From sequence record OP197928: DNA of 64,000 bases; one strand, given 5' to 3'. Below, one piece after another: positions 1-9,938 of the stretch. The position numbers and the translations under genes are program-made. The number at the start of each line of letters is the position of its first letter. Position 1 is the stretch's first letter. Source of the stretch: Shigella phage A2. The notes beneath the pieces were generated by a model. The model was not told where the DNA came from. It did not search any database and was given only the letters and a program-made list of their open reading frames with translations.

Positions 1-929
1 AGAAACAAATGGAAGCTGGCGTACTGGTAGAAATCGCTGAAGGTATGGCTACTTCTATCGCTGAACTCCAGGAAGGTTTCAACGGTTCTACCGATAACCC
101 ATGGAATGAAATGGGCTTCCGTATCGATAAACAAGTTATCGAAGCTAAATCTCGTCAGCTGAAAGCTGCTTACTCTATCGAATTAGCACAAGACCTCCGC
201 GCTGTTCACGGTATGGATGCTGATGCTGAACTGTCTGGTATTCTGGCTACCGAAATCATGCTGGAAATCAACCGCGAAGTTGTTGATTGGATTAACTACT
301 CAGCTCAGGTTGGTAAATCTGGTATGACCCTGACTCCGGGTTCTAAAGCTGGCGTATTTGACTTCCAGGATCCGATTGATATTCGTGGTGCTCGCTGGGC
401 GGGTGAATCCTTTAAAGCTCTGTTGTTCCAGATTGACAAAGAAGCAGTTGAAATTGCTCGTCAGACCGGTCGCGGTGAAGGTAACTTCATTATCGCTTCC
501 CGTAACGTAGTTAACGTTCTGGCTTCAGTTGATACTGGCATTTCTTATGCTGCACAGGGTCTGGCTACCGGCTTTAACACTGATACTACCAAGTCAGTAT
601 TTGCTGGTGTTCTGGGTGGTAAATACCGTGTATATATCGACCAGTATGCTAAACAGGATTATTTCACTGTAGGTTATAAAGGTCCGAACGAAATGGATGC
701 TGGTATTTACTACGCTCCATATGTAGCTCTGACTCCGCTGCGTGGTTCCGATCCGAAGAACTTCCAACCAGTAATGGGATTCAAAACTCGTTACGGTATC
801 GGTATCAACCCATTTGCAGAATCCGCTGCTCAGGCTCCGGCTTCTCGCATCCAGAGCGGTATGCCTTCTATTCTGAACAGCCTTGGTAAGAACGCTTACT
901 TCCGCCGTGTATATGTTAAAGGTATCTAA
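1..929 (+). CDS. 23: Major capsid protein gp23, C-terminal part (5' end lies outside the window)
   Basis: ORF open to window edge (frame of 9..929); sequence recognised as T4-type gp23 C-terminus; followed by hairpin terminator and late promoter of gene 24. Confidence 0.92.
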   Translation, partial: KQMEAGVLVEIAEGMATSIAELQEGFNGSTDNPWNEMGFRIDKQVIEAKSRQLKAAYSIELAQDLRAVHGMDADAELSGILATEIMLEINREVVDWINYSAQVGKSGMTLTPGSKAGVFDFQDPIDIRGARWAGESFKALLFQIDKEAVEIARQTGRGEGNFIIASRNVVNVLASVDTGISYAAQGLATGFNTDTTKSVFAGVLGGKYRVYIDQYAKQDYFTVGYKGPNEMDAGIYYAPYVALTPLRGSDPKNFQPVMGFKTRYGIGINPFAESAAQAPASRIQSGMPSILNSLGKNAYFRRVYVKGI

Positions 930-944
930 TCTTTGACGATTTAA

Positions 945-973
945 GGGACCTTCGGGTCCCTTTAGTTGTTTTT
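945..973 (+). terminator. Rho-independent terminator after gene 23
   Basis: GGGACC-TTCG-GGTCCC hairpin followed by T-rich run. Confidence 0.8.
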
Positions 974-977
974 ATGG

Positions 978-985
978 TATAAATA
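978..985 (+). promoter_or_regulatory. T4-type late promoter (TATAAATA) for gene 24
   Basis: Exact TATAAATA about 28 nt upstream of ATG at 1013, with AGGAAAG Shine-Dalgarno. Confidence 0.7.
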
Positions 986-1012
986 AATCATATAAACTGA
1001 AAGGAAAGCGCA

Positions 1013-2296
1013 ATGGCTAAAATCAACGAACTTCTGCGCGAATCAACCACAACGAATAGCAACTCAATCGGTCGCCCAAATCTCGTTGCTTTGACTCGCG
1101 CTACCACTAAATTAATATATTCTGACATTGTAGCAACGCAAAGAACTAATCAACCTGTTGCTGCTTTTTATGGTATCAAATACCTTAACCCAGACAATGA
1201 ATTTACATTTAAAACTGGTGCTACTTATGCTGGCGAAGCTGGATATGTAGACCGAGAACAAATCACAGAATTAACAGAAGAGTCTAAATTAACTCTCAAT
1301 AAAGGCGATTTATTCAAATATAATAATATCGTTTATAAAGTATTAGAAGATACACCATTTGCTGATATTGAAGAAAGTGATTTAGAATTAGCTCTTCAGA
1401 TTGCAATTGTTCTTTTAAAGGTTCGTCTATTTTCTGACGCAGCGTCAACAAGCAAATTTGAAAGCTCTGATAGCGAAATTGCAGATGCTAGATTCCAGAT
1501 TAATAAATGGCAAACCGCCGTTAAATCTCGTAAACTTAAAACTGGTATCACAGTTGAATTAGCACAAGATTTAGAAGCAAATGGATTCGATGCTCCTAAT
1601 TTCTTGGAAGATTTGCTTGCAACTGAAATGGCAGATGAAATCAATAAAGATATTCTGCAGTCTTTGATTACAGTATCAAAACGTTATAAAGTTACAGGAA
1701 TTACTGATACTGGATTCATTGATTTGAGTTATGCATCTGCACCTGAAGCTGGTCGTTCATTATACCGAATGGTATGTGAAATGGTTTCGCATATCCAAAA
1801 AGAATCAACTTATACAGCAACGTTTTGTGTTGCTTCAGCTCGTGCCGCTGCGATTCTTGCTGCATCAGGTTGGTTAAAACATAAACCAGAAGATGATAAA
1901 TATCTTTCACAAAATGCCTATGGGTTTTTAGCTAATGGTTTACCACTTTATTGCGATACTAACAGCCCATTAGATTATGTAATCGTTGGCGTAGTAGAAA
2001 ATATCGGTGAAAAAGAAATTGTTGGATCAATTTTCTATGCTCCGTATACAGAAGGTCTCGACTTAGATGACCCTGAACATGTAGGTGCATTTAAAGTTGT
2101 TGTTGATCCAGAAAGCTTGCAACCGTCTATCGGTTTATTAGTTAGATATGCTTTATCTGCAAATCCTTACACCGTAGCAAAAGATGAAAAAGAAGCAAGA
2201 GTAATTGATGGTGGAGACATGGATAAAATGGCGGGTCGTTCAGATTTGTCTGTTTTATTAGGTGTTAAGCTACCAAAAATTATCATTGATGAATAA
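1013..2296 (+). CDS. 24: Capsid vertex protein gp24
   Basis: 427 aa; gp23 paralogue immediately downstream of gene 23; sequence recognised. Confidence 0.92.
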   Translation: MAKINELLRESTTTNSNSIGRPNLVALTRATTKLIYSDIVATQRTNQPVAAFYGIKYLNPDNEFTFKTGATYAGEAGYVDREQITELTEESKLTLNKGDLFKYNNIVYKVLEDTPFADIEESDLELALQIAIVLLKVRLFSDAASTSKFESSDSEIADARFQINKWQTAVKSRKLKTGITVELAQDLEANGFDAPNFLEDLLATEMADEINKDILQSLITVSKRYKVTGITDTGFIDLSYASAPEAGRSLYRMVCEMVSHIQKESTYTATFCVASARAAAILAASGWLKHKPEDDKYLSQNAYGFLANGLPLYCDTNSPLDYVIVGVVENIGEKEIVGSIFYAPYTEGLDLDDPEHVGAFKVVVDPESLQPSIGLLVRYALSANPYTVAKDEKEARVIDGGDMDKMAGRSDLSVLLGVKLPKIIIDE

Positions 2297-2302
2297 AACA
2301 AA

Positions 2303-2324
2303 GGGACCTTTCGGTCCCTTTTTA
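2303..2324. terminator. Bidirectional hairpin terminator between gene 24 (+) and rnlB (-)
   Basis: GGGACC-TTTC-GGTCCC hairpin flanked by A-run upstream and T-run downstream. Confidence 0.7.
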
Positions 2325-2325
2325 T

Positions 2326-3330
2326 TTAACTTACCAATTCAATCCAAGCCGGACGAAGTACATCTTGTACCATTTTAACTAATTCCTTTTTAATCAAAGA
2401 AGGATTATCCGCTTGAGTTAGAGTAATACCTTCACGAGAAGTTTCTTCCAAAATATCTTGAACAGTTAGTCCCATCACCTTTCCAAAATCTTTTGGACCA
2501 ATTTCGCCAATTTTAGAAATAACGTTATTTACTCGGTTTAGTGTAACGTAACAAGCTAAAATCCCCACCAATTTGTTATCAGCTTCTGATAGTTCAACTT
2601 TAGCTTTAATAGGCTTATCAGACTTTTTCTTTTCACTAAATTTAGAATTCTTGCATTTGATGGCTACACGATTGCGATTAGGCAGCCAAGAAGGATAACA
2701 AGGTTTCAATACATATCCTTCAGCGGTAAATACTTCGCCTTTGGCTTCAGCTTTCCAAACACATTTATTAGCGTCAATTAAACCTGCATTATCTACGGTA
2801 AAATTATAAGACGGAACAACAGAATCCAAATCATTTGGAAGTTTAATAAGATCTTCAAATTTACCACGACCCAAAAGTGGAGCGATTTTAAACCCAAATG
2901 AATTACAAAACGATTCCATCATGTAATCATCGACATAAGTCACATCGCCACTTTCTGTAGTGACAATAATGTCAAATACATAAAAATCTTTATCGCCATA
3001 ATCAACATTCTTCTGAATGCCAGGTCCAGCGAATTCGCCAAAGACTTGATAAGATACAACCGCTGAAGTTTCCATAATATCTTGGACAGCTTTAATAGAA
3101 TCTTCGTAATTCTTTAGAATAATTTCATACCCAAAGAAATCTTCAGCAGGAAGAATCGGTCCAGTACGTTTAGCGCAAGTTACTTTATCACGCTCAATAA
3201 TCAAAGAAAAGTTTGTTCCATGAATTTTTTCACGAGCTACCCATTCGCCGCCAGTCAATCCCAAGCTATAAAGTTTTTCAATAAATTTAGAGTTGTAATG
3301 ATTTTCAAGACTGCTATACTTTTTAAACAT
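2326..3330 (-). CDS. rnlB: RNA ligase 2 (Rnl2)
   Basis: 334 aa; nucleotidyltransferase lysine motif (EKIHGTN); position between 24 and hoc. Confidence 0.88.
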   Translation of the reverse strand: MFKKYSSLENHYNSKFIEKLYSLGLTGGEWVAREKIHGTNFSLIIERDKVTCAKRTGPILPAEDFFGYEIILKNYEDSIKAVQDIMETSAVVSYQVFGEFAGPGIQKNVDYGDKDFYVFDIIVTTESGDVTYVDDYMMESFCNSFGFKIAPLLGRGKFEDLIKLPNDLDSVVPSYNFTVDNAGLIDANKCVWKAEAKGEVFTAEGYVLKPCYPSWLPNRNRVAIKCKNSKFSEKKKSDKPIKAKVELSEADNKLVGILACYVTLNRVNNVISKIGEIGPKDFGKVMGLTVQDILEETSREGITLTQADNPSLIKKELVKMVQDVLRPAWIELVS

Positions 3331-3339
3331 AATTAATCC

Positions 3340-3618
3340 TCAAAATGTAATTTCTAACCAATCACCATCACGCTGATCACTATTGACTTTAAAGCTGAAT
3401 CCTTCTTTTCTCAGCCAATCACCAATTTCTTCAGTAATCAATTTATCGCGAGCAGTACAATAATAACTAAAATATGTTTTACCTTGTTCAGCTGCTTTAT
3501 TAGCAAGTTCTGAAAAATCTTTAATAAAACACTCTAGCTTAAACTGTTTACTTTTTAATGCTTTTTCACGTAATTGATTAGCAAAAGATTCATTTTCATA
3601 AAGATCATACTGTTCCAT
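3340..3618 (-). CDS. Hypothetical protein (24.2 position)
   Basis: 92 aa ORF in minus-strand operon, tightly packed. Confidence 0.6.
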   Translation of the reverse strand: MEQYDLYENESFANQLREKALKSKQFKLECFIKDFSELANKAAEQGKTYFSYYCTARDKLITEEIGDWLRKEGFSFKVNSDQRDGDWLEITF

Positions 3619-3820
3619 TTTTCACCTTTTTATTAATATGTCTTTTTCTATAGACAACTTTTTCTCGAGTTTCAAATTTATTCTTAGCAGTCATAGCTCG
3701 AGCCCATAATACAGCCACTTCTTTCGCCTGTAAGTTTAATTCACGAGCAATTTCAATGAATGACTTTCCAGACTCATGAAGAGTAAACACCACAACCTCA
3801 GTTCTCATAATCAATCTCAT
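3605..3820 (-). CDS. Hypothetical protein with possible helix-turn-helix (24.3 position)
   Basis: 71 aa ORF; segment SGKSFIEIARELNLQAKEVAVLWARA looks HTH-like. Confidence 0.55.
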   Translation of the reverse strand: MRLIMRTEVVVFTLHESGKSFIEIARELNLQAKEVAVLWARAMTAKNKFETREKVVYRKRHINKKVKNGTV

Positions 3821-3875
3821 GTTATCGAGTTGGTGCCATTATATACATCATTTTCTGATTGTGTTTTGTGTGCTT

Positions 3876-3904
3876 TCAAAATGAAGAAAGGGGCCGAAGC
3901 CCCT
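3876..3904 (-). terminator. Hairpin terminator downstream of hoc
   Basis: GGGGC-CGAA-GCCCC hairpin followed on the minus strand by T-rich run. Confidence 0.6.
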
Positions 3905-3909
3905 TATGA

Positions 3910-5331
3910 TTATGGATAGGTATAGATGATACCAGTTTCTAAAGCAGTTTTATGAATGATGTATCCATTACGTGATTCTTGAACATCAACTTCTGGATAG
4001 TCTTTCATCATCTTCTGAAGCGTATAACGATGCAAGTAGTATTTACTATCTGGATCGTCAGTTTTCCAATCTTTACCTTCTTCGGTCATTTTTTGGATTT
4101 CATCCATAACCCACCAACCACACCAGATGTAAGCTGAAGTACGATGTGGAAGAGGATGAACATAAGGTAATTCACCTTCTGGCTCTGGAGCAACTTTATC
4201 AGTTACCTGAACTTGACCTTCCGCCGTAATAGTTTTGCTATCATAATCAGCAGCAGCAGTAACAGTTGCAGTAACTTCAATAGTTTGACTTCCAATAGAT
4301 GAGGTATCAACGGTATATACATTAGTTGACCCTTCTACAGGAGAAGAATCTTTCTTCCATGAATACGCAATTTGCGCTTCTTCTGGAGCATCAGTGACAT
4401 TAGCAGTAAATGTAGCCGAAGCATCTTGTTGAACGTTAATAGAAGGAGGAGTCAATGTAACCTGTGGATTCATTGTCTTCTTATTAACTGTTAATGATAC
4501 TTCATTCGAAGTAACTTCCTTTTCATTGTAATTTTCAGCAGTTACTTGGGCTACGCATTTAATTCTTTTTACTCCACTTGTAGTTGGAGTATAGCTAAAT
4601 GTAGAGTTAGTTTCTCCACCAACTTGTGAATCATCTACATACCACTGATACGTAGCAGATGCTCCATCAGGTTGAGAAGCTAAGGCAGCAGTAAATTGAA
4701 CTGGTGTTCCAATTACTCCAGCTGAAGGACTATCGGGAGTTACTGCCAAAGTAGTTGTCTGTGTCTTTTTATTAACAGTCAATGACACTTCATTAGAAGT
4801 AACTTCTTTTGCATCATAATCTGTCGCGGTTACTTGAGCCACACACTTGATTGTTTTAACTCCGCTTGTGTCAGGAGTGTAATTGAATGTAGCGCTAGTC
4901 GCTTCGCTCACAGGAGAACCGTCAACGTACCATTGATACGTAGCAGATGCGCCTGATGGCTGCGAAGCCAAAGCAGCGGTAAATTCAACAGCTGTTCCGA
5001 TTACTCCTTCCGGAGGACTATTAGGAGTTACGGCTAAGGTAGTCGTCTGTGTCTTATTTTGAACTGTGATAGTTGTACTAATTTCAGCTGTTTCGGGACT
5101 ACTATCGGCAACTTGATTTGTTGCAACTACTTTAATAGTCTTTTGACCGGCAGGTCCTTTTAATACATAACTAAAAGTTGCTTCAGCTCCATCTTGTGGA
5201 ACATCATCAACAGTCCAAGCATATGTAATAGGTCCATCTCCAGTTTGACCACTGGGCGTAGCAGTAAACTGCTGAGTCTGATCTATAACTCCAGTAGGTG
5301 TTTTAGGAGTTATATCAACTGTAAAAGCCAT
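3910..5331 (-). CDS. hoc: Hoc, highly immunogenic outer capsid protein, with an extra Ig-like domain
   Basis: 473 aa; repeated Ig-like modules (YxWxVD, IKCVAQVTA motifs) and C-terminal capsid-binding region; position between rnlB and inh. Confidence 0.85.
   Translation of the reverse strand: MAFTVDITPKTPTGVIDQTQQFTATPSGQTGDGPITYAWTVDDVPQDGAEATFSYVLKGPAGQKTIKVVATNQVADSSPETAEISTTITVQNKTQTTTLAVTPNSPPEGVIGTAVEFTAALASQPSGASATYQWYVDGSPVSEATSATFNYTPDTSGVKTIKCVAQVTATDYDAKEVTSNEVSLTVNKKTQTTTLAVTPDSPSAGVIGTPVQFTAALASQPDGASATYQWYVDDSQVGGETNSTFSYTPTTSGVKRIKCVAQVTAENYNEKEVTSNEVSLTVNKKTMNPQVTLTPPSINVQQDASATFTANVTDAPEEAQIAYSWKKDSSPVEGSTNVYTVDTSSIGSQTIEVTATVTAAADYDSKTITAEGQVQVTDKVAPEPEGELPYVHPLPHRTSAYIWCGWWVMDEIQKMTEEGKDWKTDDPDSKYYLHRYTLQKMMKDYPEVDVQESRNGYIIHKTALETGIIYTYP
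4480..5055 (-). repeat. Tandem duplication of a 288 bp (96 aa) Ig-like domain unit inside hoc
   Basis: aa 93-188 and 189-284 of Hoc are near-identical (KTQTTTLAVTP...EVSLTVNK twice); visible as two divergent direct DNA copies. Confidence 0.85.
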
Positions 5332-5340
5332 AAGTTATCC

Positions 5341-6021
5341 TTATTTTAATGTTACGAAAGAAGAATTGCGTGTTTCACGAATTAAAACTGATCCGTCACG
5401 GTTAATGTAATAAATTAAGCTAAATAATGTTTGGTGTGCAGAAGCATGCTCAAAACTAGTTGGGTGAGATTTCCAATCCGGAGTTTCAGCGATCCATTGA
5501 TAAATCCACCAAGGAACAGTACAGAATCCTGGATTTTTTCCAATCAACTGAAGATTCGGGCTAAAGTTTTCCGGAAGAGTAAATACAGACGGCTTTTCAG
5601 ATTCAATAATCTCAGCTACAGCCTGTTCGAATTTTTCTTCAACAAAAGGAGTATCTTCAATCAAAACATCGGTATTTTCAGGAATTTTATCCGTTTCTAC
5701 TACTTCAATTTTAATGTCAGATTTAACTGGAGAATCAATCAAAAGTGCTGCTTCTGGATTGACTTCTTCATCGTCATATTTTAATCCCTCTGCAGCATCA
5801 GCAGCATCAATTAAGTCTTTAATAGATAACCCATCAGTCTCTGGCATAGGTTCACTAGCGAGCTTCTGGAGGGCTTCTTCAATATCAACAACGATATTAT
5901 CAAAAGATTTATTCTTTTTGACCTTTATACCAAACTGTTCAGCATATTCAGCTAATTTAGCTTTAGCTTCTTTATTATCATCAAGAGCCTTCAGCTCTGC
6001 AATATAATCTTTATCTATCAT
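5341..6021 (-). CDS. inh: Inh, inhibitor of prohead protease gp21
   Basis: 226 aa; position between hoc and uvsW as in T4. Confidence 0.7.
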   Translation of the reverse strand: MIDKDYIAELKALDDNKEAKAKLAEYAEQFGIKVKKNKSFDNIVVDIEEALQKLASEPMPETDGLSIKDLIDAADAAEGLKYDDEEVNPEAALLIDSPVKSDIKIEVVETDKIPENTDVLIEDTPFVEEKFEQAVAEIIESEKPSVFTLPENFSPNLQLIGKNPGFCTVPWWIYQWIAETPDWKSHPTSFEHASAHQTLFSLIYYINRDGSVLIRETRNSSFVTLK

Positions 6022-6034
6022 AATATTTCCTCAG

Positions 6035-6042
6035 TATAAATA
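6035..6042 (+). promoter_or_regulatory. Late promoter (TATAAATA) upstream of uvsW
   Basis: Exact TATAAATA 30 nt upstream of uvsW ATG. Confidence 0.6.
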
Positions 6043-6071
6043 TAGATATATTTATTACATGGTATTTAGAC

Positions 6072-7583
6072 ATGACTGACATTAAAGTACATTTTTATGA
6101 TTTTAGTCACGTGAGAATTGATTGTGAAGAAAGTACATTTCATGAACTCCGTGATTTCTTTAGCTTTGAAGCTGATGGGTATCGTTTTAATCCGAAATAC
6201 AAATATGGCCACTGGGATGGACGAATCCGTCTTTTAGATTATAATCGTCTTCTTCCATTCGGCTTAGTCGGGCAAATTAAAAAGTTCTGTGATAACTTTG
6301 GCTATAAAGCCTGGATTGACCCACAAATTAACGAAAAAGAAGAATTATCAAGAAAAGATTTTGATGAATGGCTTTCTAAATTAGAAATCTATTCAGGAAA
6401 TAAAAGAATTGAACCACACTGGTATCAAAAAGATGCAGTGTTCGAAGGATTAGTCAATCGTCGTAGAATTCTTAATCTTCCAACATCCGCTGGTAAATCG
6501 TTAATTCAAGCTTTGCTTGCGCGATATTATTTGGAAAATTATGAAGGTAAAATTCTTATCATTGTTCCAACAACTGCTCTAACAACTCAGATGGCTGATG
6601 ACTTCGTTGACTATCGTTTATTCAGTCATGCAATGATAAAGAAAATTGGTGGCGGAGCATCAAAAGATGATAAATATAAAAATGATGCACCAGTCGTTGT
6701 TGGTACATGGCAAACTGTAGTAAAACAACCGAAAGAATGGTTCTCACAGTTTGGAATGATGATGAATGATGAATGCCATCTTGCTACAGGAAAAAGTATT
6801 TCATCTATCATATCAGGTTTAAATAACTGTATGTTTAAATTTGGTTTGTCTGGTTCATTACGTGATGGCAAAGCTAATATCATGCAGTATGTTGGAATGT
6901 TTGGTGAAATATTTAAGCCAGTAACGACCTCTAAATTAATGGAAGATGGACAAGTAACTGAGTTAAAAATTAATAGTATTTTTCTTCGCTATCCCGATGA
7001 GTTCACTACTAAATTAAAGGGAAAAACTTACCAAGAAGAAATAAAAATTATTACGGGGCTTAGTAAAAGAAATAAATGGATCGCTAAATTAGCTATTAAG
7101 CTTGCGCAAAAAGATGAAAACGCTTTTGTCATGTTTAAGCATGTATCACATGGTAAAGCTATTTTCGATTTAATTAAAAATGAATACGATAAAGTTTATT
7201 ACGTATCAGGGGAAGTTGATACCGAAACCCGCAATATAATGAAAACCTTAGCTGAAAACGGTAAAGGAATAATTATAGTAGCTAGTTATGGTGTATTTTC
7301 TACTGGTATTTCAGTTAAAAATCTGCATCACGTTGTTTTAGCACACGGTGTTAAATCTAAAATTATTGTATTGCAAACAATAGGTCGCGTATTACGTAAG
7401 CATGGTTCTAAAACAATCGCAACAGTCTGGGACCTCATCGATGATTGTGGTGTTAAGCCAAAATCTGCTAATACGAAAAAGAAATATGTTCATTTGAACT
7501 ATCTTTTAAAACACGGCATTGATCGTATTCAGCGCTACGCAGATGAAAAATTTAATTACGTAATGAAAACAGTTAATTTATAA
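6072..7583 (+). CDS. uvsW: UvsW, SF2 DNA helicase of recombination/repair
   Basis: 503 aa; Walker A (PTSAGKS) and DECH box (NDECHLAT). Confidence 0.9.
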   Translation: MTDIKVHFYDFSHVRIDCEESTFHELRDFFSFEADGYRFNPKYKYGHWDGRIRLLDYNRLLPFGLVGQIKKFCDNFGYKAWIDPQINEKEELSRKDFDEWLSKLEIYSGNKRIEPHWYQKDAVFEGLVNRRRILNLPTSAGKSLIQALLARYYLENYEGKILIIVPTTALTTQMADDFVDYRLFSHAMIKKIGGGASKDDKYKNDAPVVVGTWQTVVKQPKEWFSQFGMMMNDECHLATGKSISSIISGLNNCMFKFGLSGSLRDGKANIMQYVGMFGEIFKPVTTSKLMEDGQVTELKINSIFLRYPDEFTTKLKGKTYQEEIKIITGLSKRNKWIAKLAIKLAQKDENAFVMFKHVSHGKAIFDLIKNEYDKVYYVSGEVDTETRNIMKTLAENGKGIIIVASYGVFSTGISVKNLHHVVLAHGVKSKIIVLQTIGRVLRKHGSKTIATVWDLIDDCGVKPKSANTKKKYVHLNYLLKHGIDRIQRYADEKFNYVMKTVNL

Positions 7584-7596
7584 GGGCTTCGGCCCT

Positions 7597-7839
7597 TTGG
7601 AGAAAAAGATGTTACTAGAATTTAAACAATTTCTTTATGAAGCTTCTATTGATGAATTTATGGGTAAAATTGCCTCTTGTCAAACGATAGAAGGTCTAGA
7701 AGAACTTGAAGCTTATTATAAGAAAAGAGTTAAAGAAACTGAATTAAAAGATACTGATGACATCTCAGTCAGAGATGCTTTGGCAGGAAAAAGAGCTGAA
7801 TTAGAAGATTCAGACGATGAAGTAGAAGAAAGTTTTTAA
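7597..7839 (+). CDS. uvsW.1: UvsW.1 small acidic protein
   Basis: 80 aa ORF directly downstream of uvsW with SD. Confidence 0.7.
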   Translation: MEKKMLLEFKQFLYEASIDEFMGKIASCQTIEGLEELEAYYKKRVKETELKDTDDISVRDALAGKRAELEDSDDEVEESF

Positions 7840-7894
7840 ATTAAAAAAGGCCCAACCAAAAAGGAAGGGCCAAAACTATAGACTAAAGGTCACA

Positions 7895-8062
7895 CTATAG
7901 CAAAAGTTGTGTTTCATTTAATTGTTCTTCCGAACTTTCTGAAACTGGTAGTTCTTTAATGTAATTATAACAAGGCCCAGGATGTACAGGACCTTTGTCT
8001 GTTTCAACAACCAATGCAGAATCGATTGGAGTTTTACAGACAACGCAAATCTTATCTGACAT
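7895..8062 (-). CDS. Small Cys-rich protein (CxxC zinc-ribbon-like), uvsY.-2 position
   Basis: About 55 aa ORF not in the supplied track (below 60 aa); MSDKICVVCKTP...HPGPCYNY; GAGGAG SD and late promoter upstream. Confidence 0.5.
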   Translation of the reverse strand: MSDKICVVCKTPIDSALVVETDKGPVHPGPCYNYIKELPVSESSEEQLNETQLLL

Positions 8063-8085
8063 GATTGTCTCCTCTGAATTATATA

Positions 8086-8093
8086 TCTATTTA
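8086..8093 (-). promoter_or_regulatory. Late promoter (TATAAATA on minus strand) for the small Cys-rich ORF
   Basis: Plus-strand TATTTATA = minus-strand TATAAATA, about 25 nt upstream of ATG at 8062. Confidence 0.55.
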
Positions 8094-8185
8094 TAACCCC
8101 ATCTTAAAGCGCATTTCTTGTACACGCTTTAAACATGCTTCCATTTCTGCTAAAAGTCTAAATACTTCTTTATAATTTGTCATAT

Positions 8186-8413
8186 TTACCCCATATCTCT
8201 CATATGCATATCAATGCCCATATCTTTAGAATAAAAATATTCATCAAGATATCCGGCAAATTTTCCTTTAATATAAAGGACATCTTCACCACACGGGTGG
8301 TCGGCCAGAATACGAATATCCTGACGCTTAAGATTATGCTTTTTCATTAAGAATTGAATCTCAGTTTCAAATTCTTCTTCATAATTAAAAGCATCATCAA
8401 TGCTATATCTCAT
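8186..8413 (-). CDS. Hypothetical protein (uvsY.-1 position)
   Basis: 75 aa ORF immediately downstream of uvsY. Confidence 0.65.
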   Translation of the reverse strand: MRYSIDDAFNYEEEFETEIQFLMKKHNLKRQDIRILADHPCGEDVLYIKGKFAGYLDEYFYSKDMGIDMHMRDMG

Positions 8414-8826
8414 TATTTTCCAGCCTCAAATGCTCGCATGTCTTGAATATGCTTAATAGCAAATCCGCGTGATTTGATAGCATCAAGAGCTCCGCTACAG
8501 AAATCCAATAAAATTCCCCAATATTGCAATGAAGTATCAACTTTTAAAACATCCTTATCAGCTGATAGAACTGTCTTCATTTCTGATTTCTCATAACGGT
8601 CCATACTAAATTCATCACCATCTCCTCGTCCCGAGTAGTAGTCTAATTTAGCTTTAAGAGCAACTTTTTTCTGTGCATCAATTCTAAGCATTTCCTTTTT
8701 AATACTTGAATGCTTATTGAGCCATTTACTATATAACATCACATTATTAGCTGCTTCATACTGTAATTTAGTCGAATCTATAAACACATCTTTCTTCAAT
8801 TCTTCTTGAAGATCTTCTAATTTCAT
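8413..8826 (-). CDS. uvsY: UvsY recombination mediator protein
   Basis: 137 aa; sequence recognised; position next to gene 25. Confidence 0.88.
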   Translation of the reverse strand: MKLEDLQEELKKDVFIDSTKLQYEAANNVMLYSKWLNKHSSIKKEMLRIDAQKKVALKAKLDYYSGRGDGDEFSMDRYEKSEMKTVLSADKDVLKVDTSLQYWGILLDFCSGALDAIKSRGFAIKHIQDMRAFEAGK

Positions 8827-8866
8827 ATTGTTCTCTATTCAATTGTTATTGGATGGACTTAGATTC

Positions 8867-8893
8867 ATTATACCACGTTTATACGTGAAGCAT
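8867..8893 (-). promoter_or_regulatory. Middle-mode promoter for uvsY (MotA box ATGCTTCA plus TATAAT -10)
   Basis: Minus strand reads ATGCTTCA, 13 nt spacer, TGGTATAAT; matches T4 middle promoter architecture. Confidence 0.6.
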
Positions 8894-9291
8894 TATACTC
8901 TGTTACTGGAAGCCAGTTGTAGTTTTATCTGCTCGATATCATCAGGGTTATCGATGACTGAAAAGCGTATTTCTACTATCAGAGTATAATCATCATAAAC
9001 CGGTATTACATTAACTGCTAATTTATCAATACGTGGCTCGTAGTTTCTTACTGCGCTTTCAATGTTACGCTCAACAGTATCAGCAGTAAGAGGAGTCATA
9101 TTCTCAAAAAGCTGATCAGATAAATCGCATCCAAATTCTGGGTCAAATGGCCTTGACCCTTTCCTGGTTGTAATAATTCCCAAAAGGCTATTTTTAATTG
9201 ACCTTAATCCAAGAGATCTGGAAACGTCTTTGTCCCAATCCATTTTCATTTCTGGGTCAATGTCAGAATAAAGCTTATTAATATTTGCCAT
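8893..9291 (-). CDS. 25: Baseplate wedge protein gp25
   Basis: 132 aa; position and size as T4 gp25. Confidence 0.85.
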   Translation of the reverse strand: MANINKLYSDIDPEMKMDWDKDVSRSLGLRSIKNSLLGIITTRKGSRPFDPEFGCDLSDQLFENMTPLTADTVERNIESAVRNYEPRIDKLAVNVIPVYDDYTLIVEIRFSVIDNPDDIEQIKLQLASSNRV

Positions 9292-9917
9292 TACAATAGC
9301 TCAAAGAATTCTTTGAGTCCTCTTATTACATGAGCGTGAGTTTTTCCACACTCTGGACACTTAATTGGAACAGCCAAATAAACAGTAGGCTTTAAAAGCA
9401 TATCTTTTATAGCTACAATATCTGACTCTGTGATGATAGAATATAAATCTTCCAACTCTTTTTCATTTAAGTCTTCAATTGGAATGCTTTCACCGTTAGC
9501 ATGAATCGTTTCTATACATGATACTATCATGTGGGCTATATTTTTATCATCAAAAATTTTAGGGTAATGGAACTTAATTTTAATGTCACCCAGTGTATAC
9601 CAGAGGTCTTCTGGTGCATCTATTTGTGTATGTAATAGATTTATATGGGTTGGTATTTCAGTTCCGCAGGTGCACTTCCAGGAGTTTTCGTGATTAACTT
9701 CTCCAAGAGAATGTGCCCATAAATGAATCAATAGTAGTTCTGATTCTTGGCGGTTTAAATCTTTTGCATTTGTGCATTCTTTAATTAGCTTTTTAACGAT
9801 CTCTTCTACTGAACCGTTCTTTTTAGCAGTAATAAGTTCTAGATATTCTTTAAGAGTAAATGCGCGACAGTTGATTATTTTAGAACCAACTCTCACATCA
9901 AATTTGTATTCATACAT
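9291..9917 (-). CDS. 26: Baseplate hub protein gp26
   Basis: 208 aa; overlaps gene 25 start; position as in T4. Confidence 0.8.
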   Translation of the reverse strand: MYEYKFDVRVGSKIINCRAFTLKEYLELITAKKNGSVEEIVKKLIKECTNAKDLNRQESELLLIHLWAHSLGEVNHENSWKCTCGTEIPTHINLLHTQIDAPEDLWYTLGDIKIKFHYPKIFDDKNIAHMIVSCIETIHANGESIPIEDLNEKELEDLYSIITESDIVAIKDMLLKPTVYLAVPIKCPECGKTHAHVIRGLKEFFELL

Positions 9918-9938
9918 ATTTAGCTCCTTTATTTATCA

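Noticed and set aside
1396-1644. Antisense ORFs embedded in well-supported genes (also 1716..1910, 5431..5784, 5714..6007, 6626..6883, 41627..42106, 26658..27059 and others in the track)
   Set aside because: They lie opposite or out of frame within large conserved genes and have low-complexity compositions with no ribosome-binding site; typical AT-rich genome artefacts
4480-5055. Possible CRISPR-like or mobile repeat
   Set aside because: The repeat is an in-frame duplication of a protein domain inside hoc, with no spacer/repeat architecture and no cas genes
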